NCBI GenBank assembly: GCA_964187785.1
Contig: OZ076409.1
Span: 56,236,001-56,296,000 of the forward strand
Reading direction: 5' to 3'
Length of the DNA stretch: 60,000 bases
DNA from: Amphiscolops sp. MND2022
Lineage: Eukaryota
Positions 47,241-60,000 of this stretch are shown one piece after another (the first letter of the stretch is position 1; each line of letters begins with the position of its first letter). Both the position numbers and the translations under genes were made by a program. The notes below the pieces were generated by a model, which saw only the letters and a list, made by a program, of their open reading frames with translations, was not told where the DNA came from and made no database searches.

Positions 47241-49019
47241 TTCAATAGTAATGTCCCTTACTGCAGCAGATTAACATAATTGGCGAACTATAATCTCTAT
47301 ACTTCACTGAAAATGATTTGATATTGCAACAAAGCACTTGATTAATCCCTGGTGGATTTACGATGCTAAATAGCACTTGTGATGAAGTTAAGATGAGCGA
47401 TATGAGAATGACTAAATTTGGATGGGTATTTGATGCGTGATGAATTATGGATGGAAATGGATGGGCCTTTCGGTCTTTGAGGCATCGACCTCGTTCCCTG
47501 AGTTTCCATCCCTTTTCCAACCCAGTTGAAATGACTGTGAAATCATCAATTTCTCTTCGGGGAGCATGAAAAGGTTATAAGTACTGATGACTGCTCTTAT
47601 TTGATCACTAGCACTTTTTACATGATTAAACTACGCGGTATCAGGTGCTCAAGTTGATATTAACTATAAATATGTATGTAAATTCAGCACTGAAGGAAAG
47701 GATGAATAAATAAGTAACGTAGGGTTGCTCACAACCATGTACCTTAATATATGGCTTCATATTGCCCATAATTAAGTATATACGACATATATGTACATTA
47801 CAAATAATACATTGTTCTATATTTCCATCATGCTGGCATGACATACATATTATTACATTCTACCATATCATGTGATTCCTTTGATTTCTGGTCAATTAAA
47901 TAGACCCATTTTCTTTTTCAGACCCATATTCTTTTTCATTTATTTTGGTGATGTGACAGAGCGTTAGCGGTCACGATTTTCTAACCTCACTGAAATTCTG
48001 AACCGAGTCAACAGGTTGTGGACTAAAACAGTTGTGCTCAACATAGAAAAAGAATATTCATTTGCCACAAGGTATATTCAGATGATACAGTTGCATCAAA
48101 TCAAGTGAAATTGTTTTCTCCTCAATTATACCCATCTACAACACAGCGAAAATGACATATCGTTGCTTCTTTTGTCAAAAGCTGTATTTTTTTCATTTTC
48201 GGCACTGCAAGTTATACCAAAGTTGCTTAACTTTAGGCCAAAATTAACGAAAAGAACAAAAATGAGGGAAAATTTTGTCCTACTTTAGAAACAATTCCAG
48301 ATTATCAGTACAAACATATGCCAAACAGCTAATTGATTTGTAGTCAAGCTCAGTGGGTGTCTATATCTACGAAGATGTTTCAAAATCGCAAAACAATGAT
48401 CAGACGTTCAATTTTGCCTCAGTATCTAGTCTACGAGCTTGATTTTTTTGTCGTTGCATTCTAAGCAAAAAAGTATTTTCTGAGTATAAGAATGGAAGAT
48501 AGCAAAAATTGGAAAAACAACGCTACAGAGAGCTGTTTTCCTGTTCTGTATTTTCTGATTATAGAAACGGAACGATGCATTTTTTCCTAGCAGAAAATAT
48601 ACGTCAGTGTACATTGAAAACGTAAAAAAGCCATGCGGCAGAAATTTAATAAAATTCGGGCACGTTTTTTTTCTAAAATGCGCTGACTAAAAACATGGAA
48701 CGCGTTATTATGAAGTCGAACAGCTTGATTGGATAGTTACAGATTACGACAGATTCTCGACTGCTCATCGTCATGCTCAGTGCGCTTTCTGTAACAGAAG
48801 AATCTTCTTTTTGCAGCAACTTGCTGCCAGCAAGTAGCCTGAACATCGAACGCATGGCGTAATGAGGTTTCAAACGAAAAAAAAGCAGTCTTGCTAATAC
48901 ATTCAGATTACTGCACTTACAGTTACTTACTTACGCTTTAAGGCAATTGCTATTCGGTTACACAACATTTCGTCCTATGCAATTTCAACCTATGCAATTT
49001 CAACCTATGCAATTTCAAC

Positions 49020-49478
49020 CAGGGGTGTGAAATATTGTATTTATATATAATTTTTCAAAAAAATAAATATATTGTTTGATTCAATTTCAGCAATAAATAT
49101 ATTGTATTTATTGTCCTGCAATGTTTTAGAAAAAAACCATAGATTGTGAATTATTTTATTGGGCACAGAAACATTCATTTACAAGGCCAACAAATGTTGT
49201 TTATTTGTATGAAGAAAGACTACACTCTCGAAATTAATAGGAAGCTTAGTGAAGCTTCTCTCTTGATAGTTTTTCACTTCTATAGTCCGTTTAAAATGCA
49301 TATTAAATGAAATTTTATTTCTGTTTTGCAATAATTTTTTAGCGCAATACATTGTAGAGCTCTGACAATATTTGCCTTATTCAAATAAATATATTGTATT
49401 TTTGCTCCGACAAAATAAATATATTAATTGTATTTTATTGCAATATATTGCAAAACAATATAAATTTTTCCACCTCTG
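49020..49478. mobile_element. hAT-type MITE (459 bp)
   Basis: Imperfect TIRs CAGGGGTG.../...CACCTCTG. Perfect 8-bp TSD ATTTCAAC (49012-49019 and 49479-49486). Repeated AATATATTG subterminal motifs. Confidence 0.85.
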
Positions 49479-49708
49479 ATTTCAACCGAATTAGGAACAT
49501 AAGGCAACGTTTTTTAGTAGAAAACTTTCACTGAACGAACGTTGGCTAATAGTTCCTAATTCGGTTGAGTTGTCATTTCATTACAATAGTTAGTAATGAA
49601 TTGGACAGGCCTAATTAATGATAATTATTCATGAACACAAAAATCATCAAAACTAGCACTTTTGAAATTAGAAATCTATGAAAAGGACCTATAGTAATTA
49701 CATAATTG

Positions 49709-51080
49709 GTACTCCTGACTAAGTGTGGTCCTTACAAAATTAGAACAACCGGCCTGAAAACTCCTGACAAAGTGTGGTCCCTAGAAATTTTAGAAGAGCA
49801 ATCGTACAGCAAATATTACATGTAGTTCAAAATTAAAGCAAAGATTACATGTAGTTCAAAGTATGATGACTATTCATCTGTATGACTTTACAAAAATTTA
49901 CCAAGTAGGTCTCAAACAGCAGAATTCAAATTACAGTATTGACGCTGAAAAGTTGATAAAAGACATTCAAAATTTAAACTGCTCGGCATGTTTGTGATTG
50001 GATAATTAAACAATATGGGAGCCTCTAAAGTTGTCGCTATATTAGGCTCGGAAAGCGCAGATTTGAAAGATGCGTAGGACGTTTTCATGAAAAACTCCTG
50101 TTCTCGGGCCTGTGCCTCCTCTTTACAAAAACACAATATAGTTCGGATATAACGTCAAAAGCTCTGATATAGCGCTTAACTCCGGATATTACGAGGGGGG
50201 ACTTCAAAAAAATCGAAGGGGTGACCCTTTGAAGACAAAACAAATTTTTCGAAAAAAAAGTGTCACAGCGCCGAAAAAAAAGAAAGGGGGACTTCTCAGT
50301 CTCATCCAGTTTCTTATGTTACGTTTAAAAAGAAAAAAATGAAAGGAGGACCCTTTGCGATAAGTCAGATGCGTTTCCCAGGCATTCGTTTATTTGAAAA
50401 AAGTGAACAAAAATATCCTCGCTTCGAGTCTGTCTTGAAGAGATAAACGAGTGACTGTATGTAATAGTCGTGCTTTTTTATTATTGAAAACACCGACCAA
50501 TAAAATAGACAATCAACTTTTAACAAATAGCCATTAAAGATTAGCATACGCTATTATCATGCTACTGGAGAGATAGAAAGAATGAAAATGCTGCTTCGCA
50601 TAGCGGCGCAAACTTTCAATCTTTATTACACGCGGTATGCTGGTCTGCTGGGGGATTATAAATTCGAATATCAATTTTAGAAATTTTAATGTCTATATAA
50701 AAAATTCAATATTTCACCTGATTGGTTCTTACATTTTGAATGTCGTTTATTAGGTTTTCAGTGTCATATACTGAACTAGTTTTGAGTGCTGTTACAGCGA
50801 ATATGCATGGAACTTGATTTGAAGAGGTTAGCATATTTGTTGTATGGCTCGATCGCCTTGCTCCCTTCGCCAAATAGCATCATTGAGGCATGGCCATATG
50901 TCACGTCACGTCGCTCCGCTTCGCTTCGCTCCTGCATTTAGGGCACTAGGGGTATGTGAACATACTTACTTAACGACGTTATAACAATAATTCCGACAAA
51001 ATATGCAGGGACCACACTTATGTATTGGGACCACACTTAGTGAAGGCAAGTCACTTGGGACCACACTTAGTCAGGAGTAC
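49709..51080. mobile_element. Non-autonomous TIR DNA transposon (possibly Tc1/mariner-like) with later insertions
   Basis: Perfect 23-bp inverted repeat GTACTCCTGACTAAGTGTGGTCC, with additional subterminal GGGACCACACTTA copies. Confidence 0.7.
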
Positions 51081-51448
51081 TGCATATTTAATTAAAATCC
51101 ATGAGCCTAAATTAGTTTAGGTTTAAATTGCAGAAATATGAATGTAGAATAGATTGAAAGTGTGAGCCGTTGAAATGCTAACTGTTGAATTTACAAAGAA
51201 TGAAATGCCCTGACACCTTGCTATTCAATATTGAGAGAATTAATCGTCACGCTTCTTCGGCGCCTTTATATTATTCTTCTCCTGCTCCCAACCTGATTCC
51301 GCTAGGTGATTTTTATTTACCATTGAGGATTTGTAATTTGAAAATGCCATGCTTTACTTTACATTTATTGTATCTCAGCTGTGGTTGTAATATTTGTAGA
51401 ATCAGAGTTTGAATGTTGATATAAATCCACTTTTCAGTCAAACAATCA

Positions 51449-51550
51449 GTTTCTGCGTTTTAGCGTGACTTGTTGAGCGCACTCCGAAACTACCAAATAT
51501 ATTTGGTAGTTTTGGAGTGCGCTCAACAAGTCACGCTAAAACGCAGAAAC
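51449..51550. repeat. 102-bp loopless palindrome (1 mismatch)
   Basis: GTTTCTGCGTTTTAGCGTGACTTG...CCAAATA|TATTTGG...CAAGTCACGCTAAAACGCAGAAAC. Confidence 0.95.
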
Positions 51551-51576
51551 AGAATTACACAGAAACAGAAACAGAA

Positions 51577-51781
51577 TACACAATAAAACAGAATTTATGT
51601 GCTTTGAGAAATTTTGCTCGGGCATGTCAAGACGGCAAAAAATGTAACTAATAAAATGTAAAAAGCAAAAAAGGCAACAGAAAATATTCTTTGTTTTTTA
51701 CATTTTATTAGTTACATTTTTTGCCGTCTTGTCATGCCCGAGCAAAATACTCGAAGCAAATAAATTTTGTTTTATTGTGTA
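51577..51781. repeat. Fold-back MITE-like inverted repeat (~90-bp arms)
   Basis: TACACAATAAAACA...GCTCGGGCATG...AATGTAACTAATAAAATGTAAAAA and its reverse complement, separated by a short spacer. Confidence 0.85.
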
Positions 51782-52355
51782 TAATCACCATCATTTTAAG
51801 AATCTAAAACTTGCATCGCGAAATTTCTGCATTGAAATAATTTAGCAACTAAGTACGTCAACTTGGCGTGAAGAATGCCAACAACAGCATTTGCAACTTG
51901 TAGCCAATCAAAGCCACCAAAATCCACGAAAATGTAGAAAAAGCAAAAAAACACTGTGGTATTTGATGCTTTTTCGTTCAATTCAATTATTTTTGTAATT
52001 AATTTCAAAGTACGCTCAAAAGCTAAATGTTTGCTTTTCAACAGTGTGGATGTTGGTATTCACGCAAAAATCCAAAACTTGTTGAAGAAATGCAAAATAC
52101 GATTGAAAAAAAGAAGTTGTTTATTCTTCATCCGTTTTTTTTATAATAAAAAACAAAATTAGACTTCTTAGTTTCGCCTGTAAGATTCAGTCGATACCTT
52201 TATCAGCCTACTAAGAATGCTCAACTATCACTCAATTACATCCGTAGGTACCAATCACGCGACAAGAATTGGCTGAGTATCTTCATAAAATTTATTCAAC
52301 TCCGAAAGACCCATTAAATTGAAAGCTGCGTGGCTAAGTGTGATAAGCAAATCAC

Positions 52356-52927
52356 CTTTTTAGTCGGCGCTTCATGAAGTGAAATGCGACTATTATAGTG
52401 ACTTTTTTTCAATCCACACGAACTGACCAAAATTGCTCTTGAAAGTTCTACGAAATTTTATGGTCCCAAATTAAATCATTTGGTGTAGCGAACTGAACCA
52501 AAAAGGTTTTTCATCTTGTTCCGCGTAACATACAATACCGGGAGAGACTAAAGGGTCCCCCTTTCAGTTTTTTCGGCATTGTGTGACGTTTTTTTGAAAT
52601 TTATTTTTCCCCAAATAGTCCCATCTTCAATTTTTCGATGTTTTGCGACAGAATGGATGTTGAAAAATCCCAAAGGTTCCCCTTTCAGTTTTTTGCGGCA
52701 CTGTGAGACTTGTTTTTGGACTTTTCCCCCCACCAAATGGCCCTTCAATTTTTTAATGTTGTGCAACAATGGATGTTGAACAATGCGGAAGGCCTCCTTT
52801 TAGCGCGCCAATTCGGCTCAATTTTTGGGTTTTTCGGGTACTGTACAATAATACTTGACATTTTGAAGTCCTTTTGCTATTTTTAGTCTTAGATATGGCG
52901 CCGACTTATGTCGTTCCCGGCTTGTTT
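52356..52927 (-). mobile_element. DINE-1/HINE-like non-autonomous Helentron-type repeat
   Basis: 5' end AAACAAGCCGGGAAC...AAGTCGGCGCCATATCTAAG (reverse strand) and far end CGCCGACTAAAAA. Same family as 53516 and 58373. Confidence 0.5.
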
Positions 52928-53515
52928 ATCCTTCCTACGAAACCAACTTTATCTCTCGACTCGTTTTTCTGAATACAAATCTACACTGCTCATAGTCTTG
53001 TTTATAGTTTTTTCCTCCGATGATTCCTGCTGTTCTTCGGGTTGTCCTCAAGTATGATGATTCTTGTTTTTGTTTTTCAATTATTGTGGATATGGTATTC
53101 TTTTTCAAAATTTTAACTGTATTACTTTTTTGTGTGTAAATTAAATGTACTAGCCGTTCTTTCGCTCAGCCAGAGACACCCCGATCAGGTCAAGGGTAGC
53201 GAGACAAATCCTATTGGAAGATACAAGTGATGGAATTCAACAAGCCAGTTTGGACGTTTGCGTTTTTCGTGAGTTTGATACTTTGAGTTTTCTGACACTT
53301 TCATGTCTTTTTGCTATTTTTGAGCCTTAGATACGGTGCCGTCTTATGCCGTTTCCGGCTTGTTGAATTAATCGGATGAAGCTATGTATTTCAAGAAGTC
53401 TGATTATACCTCTGCTTAGTTGACAGTGATACTAATGATGATAACAGCAACATTCTATGAGGCTGCTGTTGAGGCATAGTCACAACTCATCAAGAGACAA
53501 CTCAAATCAATCGAA

Positions 53516-53975
53516 AACAAGCCGGGAACAACAAAAGTCGGCGCCATATCTAAGACTAAAAATAGCAAAAGGACTTCAAAATGTCAAATATTATTGTACA
53601 GTACCCGAAAAATCCAAAAAATGAACCGAATTGGCGCGCTAAAAGGAGGACACTTTCGGCTTTTTAAGATCCATTGTTGCAAAGCATCAAAAATTGAAGG
53701 TGGGACCCTTTGGTGAGTTTTTGTTGCCAAAAAAGTCTCACAATGCCAAAAAGAATTGAAAGGGGGACCCTTTGGAATTTTTCAACATCCATTCTTTCGC
53801 CAAGCATCAAAAAATTGGAGGGAGACCCCTTGAGGAAATTTTTTGAGAAAAGTCTCACAATGCTGAAAAAACTGAATTTAGTCTCACCCGTTACTGTGTT
53901 ACGCGGAAAAACAGGGAAAACCTTTTTGGTTCAGTTTGCTAGGCCAAATGGTTCAATATGACACCATAATATATT
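53516..53975 (+). mobile_element. Same DINE/HINE-like repeat family, 3'-truncated
   Basis: AAACAAGCCGGGAAC...AGTCGGCGCCATATCTAAG start; internal GGGGACCCTT and AGTCTCACAATGCC subrepeats. Confidence 0.5.
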
Positions 53976-56717
53976 GTAGCGACAATTCTCTGTTAAAAAT
54001 GTACTGACTGAGTAGCAACTTTAGGGAGATATGTAATCAGTACCTTGATTGGATCCGGAGATATTAGTAGGCAACTGAACCGATAACTAACTTCCTGACG
54101 AAATAGGACTATGATGGAGCCTGCTCTAGTTGTATAATCAGGCTTTAGATCTAGGGCAATTGTCCCGACATCTTTAAGAGGAAGAATTTTTACTGGAACC
54201 CAAATAAATCTCGAAGATAAAGGTCCTAAAAAAACAGATAAGCTGAAATGTTGCATTTGATCAATTAACACTTTTCGTCAAAAATTGCACTAAGCAACGT
54301 TAGCGGAAAGAAAACTGTTCCACAAGAGTGCACCATGAAAACTAAGGATCATCATGCCAGTAGTTTAAATGGTTCTGAAAGTAATAGTAGCCAACTGATT
54401 AGAAACATCGCTTCGACTAAAAGTGAAAAGATTGCACGAAATTGAAGGCTCTTTTCTCTGGACTTCCTCCGTTGGTTTGGCACTTTTCATGGAAACTCAG
54501 TACATCAAGTTTGTCAAACAACCATTTATTTTCGCATGTAAAACTTGTTCAACAAAAAAGATATGAAACGTACTCTTCCGAAGTTTGAAATCCTCTCGTT
54601 CAATTCCGTCCAAAAGTTGTTAGGGCTCCCAAAGGAATAACGTCTGAAGTCAACGCCCAAACGAATTTCAAGATCAGCTTCTAATGCAAACATGTCTGAG
54701 AATTATAGCTTAACAAAGGAAATGAGCATGACTTGGCTAACATTTTGAATGATGAAGTTTTTGTATTGCATATTCCAGATTGCTGTCTCACAGAAATCAA
54801 AAGGAGACTGTTCGATTGAGTTTTTCCCCAAACATTTTTATTTTCTGCCCGCATTTAATGGGGGAGGAAAATCATAATCTGTGTTGCGTTTTTTTCTAAG
54901 TTCTGTCAAATCTCCACTTTATTACCCAAATTAGTAAATACTAAGTTGAATATTCTAGTCACCATGGAGCAGTTGGGACATGTACATTTTTGAGGAACAT
55001 TTTCCGGTGCTTAGCGGACCTCTTGGATCATATCTATCGTTGTCATATCCAAGATTTAATTTCTGTTCTTTTGTTTCCTAAGCTTTCATCTACACTCAGC
55101 GACAAAAGTTCTGTCCCTTGTCGAAAAAGTCCAACTGATTGAAACGTTTCATGAGAAGTAAAGTTTGGATTTTTGCTCAAAGATACAGTGCTTGCATATC
55201 AGAAGAGTTTTTAAAAATGTTTCAAAATATCATACCCTATGGAATTCGTGAAGTTGTGGAAACTTCGTACTTGGCCACCCTTGTTGCACATGCTTGAACT
55301 TTTTACATGTACTTTAATGTTGCCAGCAACTTTTCTTATGATTTTCTAAATATCTTACGGAAACTTTACCGCGTTAATAATTCCTTGTTGTAGCCAACTT
55401 TTATCAAGCTGCCTTAAAGAATCATCAACGTTTTGGCGGAAATTTCAAGCCGCGAAGTTCTGCAAGTTTCAATATGCATCAGTTCTAATTTTAAATGCAG
55501 CTGAGACGTCAACAATTTTGCCGCCATTTCAATGCAAATTAACTTCATTCACAATTTGAACAGGAGACTAGCGTCAACTTCAGCGTCCTATTTGGGGAGC
55601 GGTGATTAAATCAGATGAATATTTGAGAAATCAATAGAGAAAACAACGTGATCGTGTCCGTAAAAGAAGTGGGAAGTATTTTCAAATTTAATTGTTGTAG
55701 TGGAAAATGCAGTGTAATTCTAGAAAATTTACCACCAGAACCTTACTGAATTTTCTAGGTTTTATAAAAAATTACCATGCATGCAGGCCTGCAGCATGTA
55801 AAAAGTTCCAGCAGTCTCAATTAGGGCAATTTTGACAAAATTGCAACGTCTTGGTGAATGTTCTTGTCATTAAAACATGGGAGGCCAGTTTGAGAAACTC
55901 CTCGGTAGCTCGGAATCTAACCAATTAGTTTTACATTTACAAGGTTTCAGAAACAAATACCTCGGGAAGAGAAATAGGAAAAAACCTAAATTTCGTGAGT
56001 GTCCCATGATTTAAGATAGTGGAAATTTTTTGTTTTTGTCGAATTTTTTTCAAACACTAAGTGTTTTCAAAGTTTTGTAAACCAATGGTTTCCGGAAAAC
56101 GTTAAATGTAACAATAAAAAGTGATATGTTGCTATTTCTGACAAGAGCTGCAAAAAGCATAAATTTACAAGAACCTGTGAAACGTTTGTCTCGCCATTAC
56201 AGCAGTAGTTCAGCCTAAAAATGTGAACGTTTTCTTTCTGCAGCAGCAGTAAACTTCAATTTCATATACACTTTCCGTTGCTGGCACTCAATTGTGAAAG
56301 TATCTTTCCTGCAGCAGTAAATTTCATGCACAGTTTTCATTTCTGTCGCAGAATATGTAAATATAACATATTCTTTTTGCAGCAGTTCATATAGTTCTCA
56401 ATTCTGACGCTCAATTTCTTCTTAACAAAACCGTTTCTCACACCTGTCTTTTTCCACCAAAATTCATTTTAAATTTTATGAAGTTATTCCTTAGACATTA
56501 TTCAAGCTCGCGCTATCGTGCAGAAATTAGCATTAACTGAATGTTTAATTGAGTTCTTTTTCCAAAACACTTCGACATTTCTATTATCATTTTCAAAGTG
56601 TAAAATTCTTTCCTTTCTGAACTCTCATGTAGGGCAATTTTGGAACTAGTATGTATACACGCTAAAAAAGCCACAATGAAGACGGCTTTTTCATACATCA
56701 AGCAAAGATTCATTTTA

Positions 56718-57175
56718 TGATTTTTTTCACAATTATTTGTGGTTCAGTTTCCGTTTTCGTGTGATCTCTAGTTGATCAAAGTGCGTGAAACAAGTCTTTT
56801 TAATCGTCGAGTGTTGTACTATTGGACTGTACTGCGAACTGGAGAAACAATTTTACCAACAAAATTCAAATTCATTTCCACTCCTTACGTTTTTTTAGCG
56901 TACTGCTTTAGCTATCCATGCCTATGTAAATTCTTTTCTTTCTGAAATCTCATCTATGTAGTGCACTTTTTGGTCATGATTTTTTTCACGCTAATTTTTA
57001 GTTCAGTTTTTGTTTCCGTGTGACTCCAATTGATCAAAGAGGGTGGAACAAAATTTTTAAACTGTCGAGTGTTGTTTTATTGGACTGTACTGTGAACTGG
57101 CGAAATAATTTTACGAACGAAACTCAAAGTCACTTCCATTTTTACATCTTCTACGTACCGCTCTAGCTATCGATG
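56718..57175. repeat. Diverged tandem duplication, ~259-bp period
   Basis: ATGATTTTTTTCAC...TTGATCAAAG...GTCGAGTGTTG...TATTGGACTGTACTG occurs at ~56718 and ~56977. Confidence 0.8.
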
Positions 57176-57214
57176 CCGCTGAATCCTGCCATCTAGAATC
57201 GTAAAACTGGAGAA

Positions 57215-57451
57215 ATGATGACAAAAGCCTCTAAGAAGACCGGTTTTGTTTTGTTTATTTCTTTGATAATTACCCTGCTCGCAGTTTCCCATTTCTATCT
57301 TGGTTCTTCAATCACCCAGCTTAATTTAATCAATACCACAGTCAACAGAGGGAAGGTTCCTTTATTATCTGGCTTTCCCGGAGGACCAAAGAGTGAAATG
57401 GGAACCACCTCGGATCTCTGGGAACTATTACTAGCAGGCATTGTTGCTTAA
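57215..57451 (+). CDS. Possible host exon or pseudogene: type II membrane protein-like N-terminus
   Basis: MMTKASKKTG followed by a hydrophobic stretch FVLFISLIITLLAVSHFYLG. No family recognised. Confidence 0.25.
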   Translation: MMTKASKKTGFVLFISLIITLLAVSHFYLGSSITQLNLINTTVNRGKVPLLSGFPGGPKSEMGTTSDLWELLLAGIVA

Positions 57452-58372
57452 AATGTCAAAATCTTGTACTAAACTTCAATTATTACTACTTTTTTCAACT
57501 AACAAAGAATTATTAAAAAAAGACATGATATCTATTTTTTTTAAACTGGAGCATAATGTGTCCAACTGCCTTCGGTTTGCTTGCTTGAAAACTACTAGTT
57601 ATATGAAAAAACTCCAAAGATGGAAAGTACCTGATAATATTTTATGTACATTTTAAAAACACCGGGAGTAAAATTGCCTGTCAATGTTTTGTGCAACTAC
57701 TAGTGCAAAATTACCTTAGATATCTTGAGTAGAAATGCAAATTTCTTCCATTTTCTGACTGCGATTGTTCTTTGAATAATTTGAGCAAGTTCGAAGTGAT
57801 TCAACTCCTGATTACAGGTATATGTCTAATAACAATGTACATTTTTTATCCAAGTATTTCAGTTTTCGAGAACTAGAGATTTTCAATTTGTGGGCATTTC
57901 CATGGAAATTACCCGATAATAGAAACAAAGTTTTTGAGGCTTACCTTAAGTGGGGAAACAAACGTATTCTGAACGTATTCAAACATGTCTGCAACAGTGA
58001 CGTCTAAAAATACGACTAACACTAACCATGACGTCAACACATTAGTGTGTCCAATCTGTGGGGCTACCAAGTCATCACTAATTACTCTGGGTGCTAAGAC
58101 TCTGGGCCCCAAATGGAACCCTCACTTTAACCTCTCTTGGGTAAGGTCAGTATCCGGCCAATGGTAGAAAAAACTATTCAACTCTAGCTAACCTTCTGTA
58201 GACCTCAAGTTATTCGAAAACAAAATTGAACTAAACGTTTCCTAGATATCTTTCTACTGCGAGGCATCAATCTTTTACAAAATATTGCTCTTCTTATCAA
58301 ATAAAAACATGCCTTGGAGTTTTGATTATTCGGCAACGTTCTGTTAAGAAATTGTGATTGAATTGAAAATTG

Positions 58373-58893
58373 AAACAAGCCGGGAACGGGCCAAGTCGGC
58401 GCCATATCTAAGGCTCAATAAGACTCGAAAACCACTTTTTCTACAACTGGAGACAACAAAAGGTCTCAAAAAACTAAAAATTGAGGAAAAAATTTTCCGA
58501 ATTTGTTTTCGAAAGTTTTTTTGAAGTCTCCGGTATGTCGCATATTGCTAAAAAATGTAAAAGGGGGGCCATTGGGATTTTTTGAACATCCACTCTGTTG
58601 CAAAATATCAAAAAATGATGGGGACCTTTTGGAGTAATAAAAAAATTTCCGAAAAACATGAAACAACAGTGCCGAAAAAAGAGGGAAAGTCTCATTGTGT
58701 CAAAAAATGGGGAATCGGGGACCCATTTGTTTTGGAATGGCTTGTTAGAGGCTTTGGATGCGTTGAAAATGAAGTACTAAGTACATATGGTAAAAGTGCA
58801 TAATGCACAAAATTGGACCGATCGCGTTGAACTGACGAAAAAAAACAAGCCACTGTAAGAGTCGGGATTTTCTTCGAAAACGCCGACTAAAAA
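58373..58893 (+). mobile_element. Apparently complete copy of the DINE/HINE-like repeat
   Basis: AAACAAGCCGGG start. Subterminal AGTCGGCG (~58394) is inverted against CGCCGACT (58881-58888). 3' stem-loop AGTCGG..TTTTC..GAAAA..CCGACT. No TSD. Confidence 0.55.
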
Positions 58894-60000
58894 TCACAAT
58901 TACAGTTTTGTCGTTTTGCTTACAAAAACTGAAAGCTAACAAATTTTTTTTCACAATTCACAATTCTACCTTGCAATTGCGAAACTAGAAGCACATTCCA
59001 ATATTTGACCCCCAAGGTTCATTGGAGGTTGGGAGGTTGGTGTATTTAGCCACCAAATGTTTCGAAGCTCAAAACAGGAGATTCTATTTTTTCGCATACG
59101 TTCATTAAAGAGAAGGTAGGAAACTGACAAATAGTTGTGCATCTCCTTTTTGGTTTCCATCAATGATCATCAAAAATCACCCTTTTACTTGTTCGTATTG
59201 AGTCTTGTTCTACAAAAATAAAAAACTGTTGCATCGCTGGAGACATTGCAATCAAAGTGGACACAATCTGAAAAAAGGCAGCTTCAACGAATTTGAAATA
59301 GATCGTTTGATCTGAAATTTGTTCAGCCTGTTCTATTTCTACAGACATGAGTTAAACACTTATGAGTGTGATATAGACTGAAAATGAACAAACTCTTATG
59401 AACTCCAACCGTCCTTGAGATGGGTGCGCCTATTAACAGTTAACCATCGTCTGGACATGATCGGATGTGGTGCATTTAGTTACAGTAAAGTTGAACTATA
59501 TAGAAAGTAATTTCTTAAAACGAAAAAACGTCAATTCAACATTTTAGTATACTTTTTATTGAATTTGATTAGTTAGACTCCTACAATACGACAATCGTAT
59601 GTATTAAGAAGTCAAAAACTGTTTATCTGCTGGGCCTGTTTAGTTTCGGGGCTCCTTGCGGCGGCTTCAGTCAAACTGTGGATTTTTCTGTTGCATTCAA
59701 TCTGTAATGAATAGGCACGCACGGGCACACTGGTTGGACTCTATTCATATTTGGGTGTTAGATCACGTGGCTGCATATTTCGCAATCCCAATTTATTGAA
59801 ATGAAAGTACTTGTGTTTCAGGTGTTCCAAGTGTACCCACACTTTCGTGTGGCCTTTTTTGTCGGCTGAGAACCTGACTCGAATCTACTCGACCAGCTAC
59901 TCCAACCAGGCGGCCTTTTCATCTGCAGTACGCAGGGGCCAAAGCCAATTCGAGTTGCTTGAACACCTACAAATAATCACTCCCAAGGTTTCACTATGTA

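Noticed and set aside
47575..47620. Hammerhead ribozyme (CTGATGA core)
   Set aside because: No correctly placed GAAA or flanking stems were found.
54000..55250. Decayed transposase-like coding region on the minus strand
   Set aside because: It looks coding-like (e.g. a CPNC motif) but is too fragmented to assign by eye.

Overview
This is eukaryotic DNA (probably from an invertebrate animal), made almost entirely of nested transposable elements. There are no prokaryotic genes, rRNA or CRISPR arrays. Nest 1: an old Bel-Pao LTR element (975-24476, minus) contains a young, near-intact 16-kb Ty3/Gypsy element (6143-22139, minus; 1728-bp LTRs; TCTTC target-site duplication, TSD). This Gypsy is unusual in four ways. 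Its gag starts inside the LTR and reads through the primer-binding site (PBS). It carries an antisense five-exon gene of about 1293 aa with a BED-like zinc finger and a probably inactive hAT-transposase-like body. It has a second accessory ORF (256 aa) that runs across the 3' LTR border. It has no polypurine tract (PPT) at that border. Nest 2: a LINE (PHD and zinc-knuckle ORF1) is split by a Bel-Pao-type element with no recognisable pol (27914-38678, TSD GAAAG). That element contains a non-autonomous relative of the Gypsy (32363-37585, TSD AAAAC) with the same PBS, the same PPT-less coding junction and a similar U3 hairpin. Further right are a decayed Gypsy whose terminal regions carry SGNH-hydrolase-like ORFs, several MITEs, Helentron/DINE-like repeats, long palindromes and possible host exon fragments. 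All family assignments come from motif reading by eye; no searches were run.
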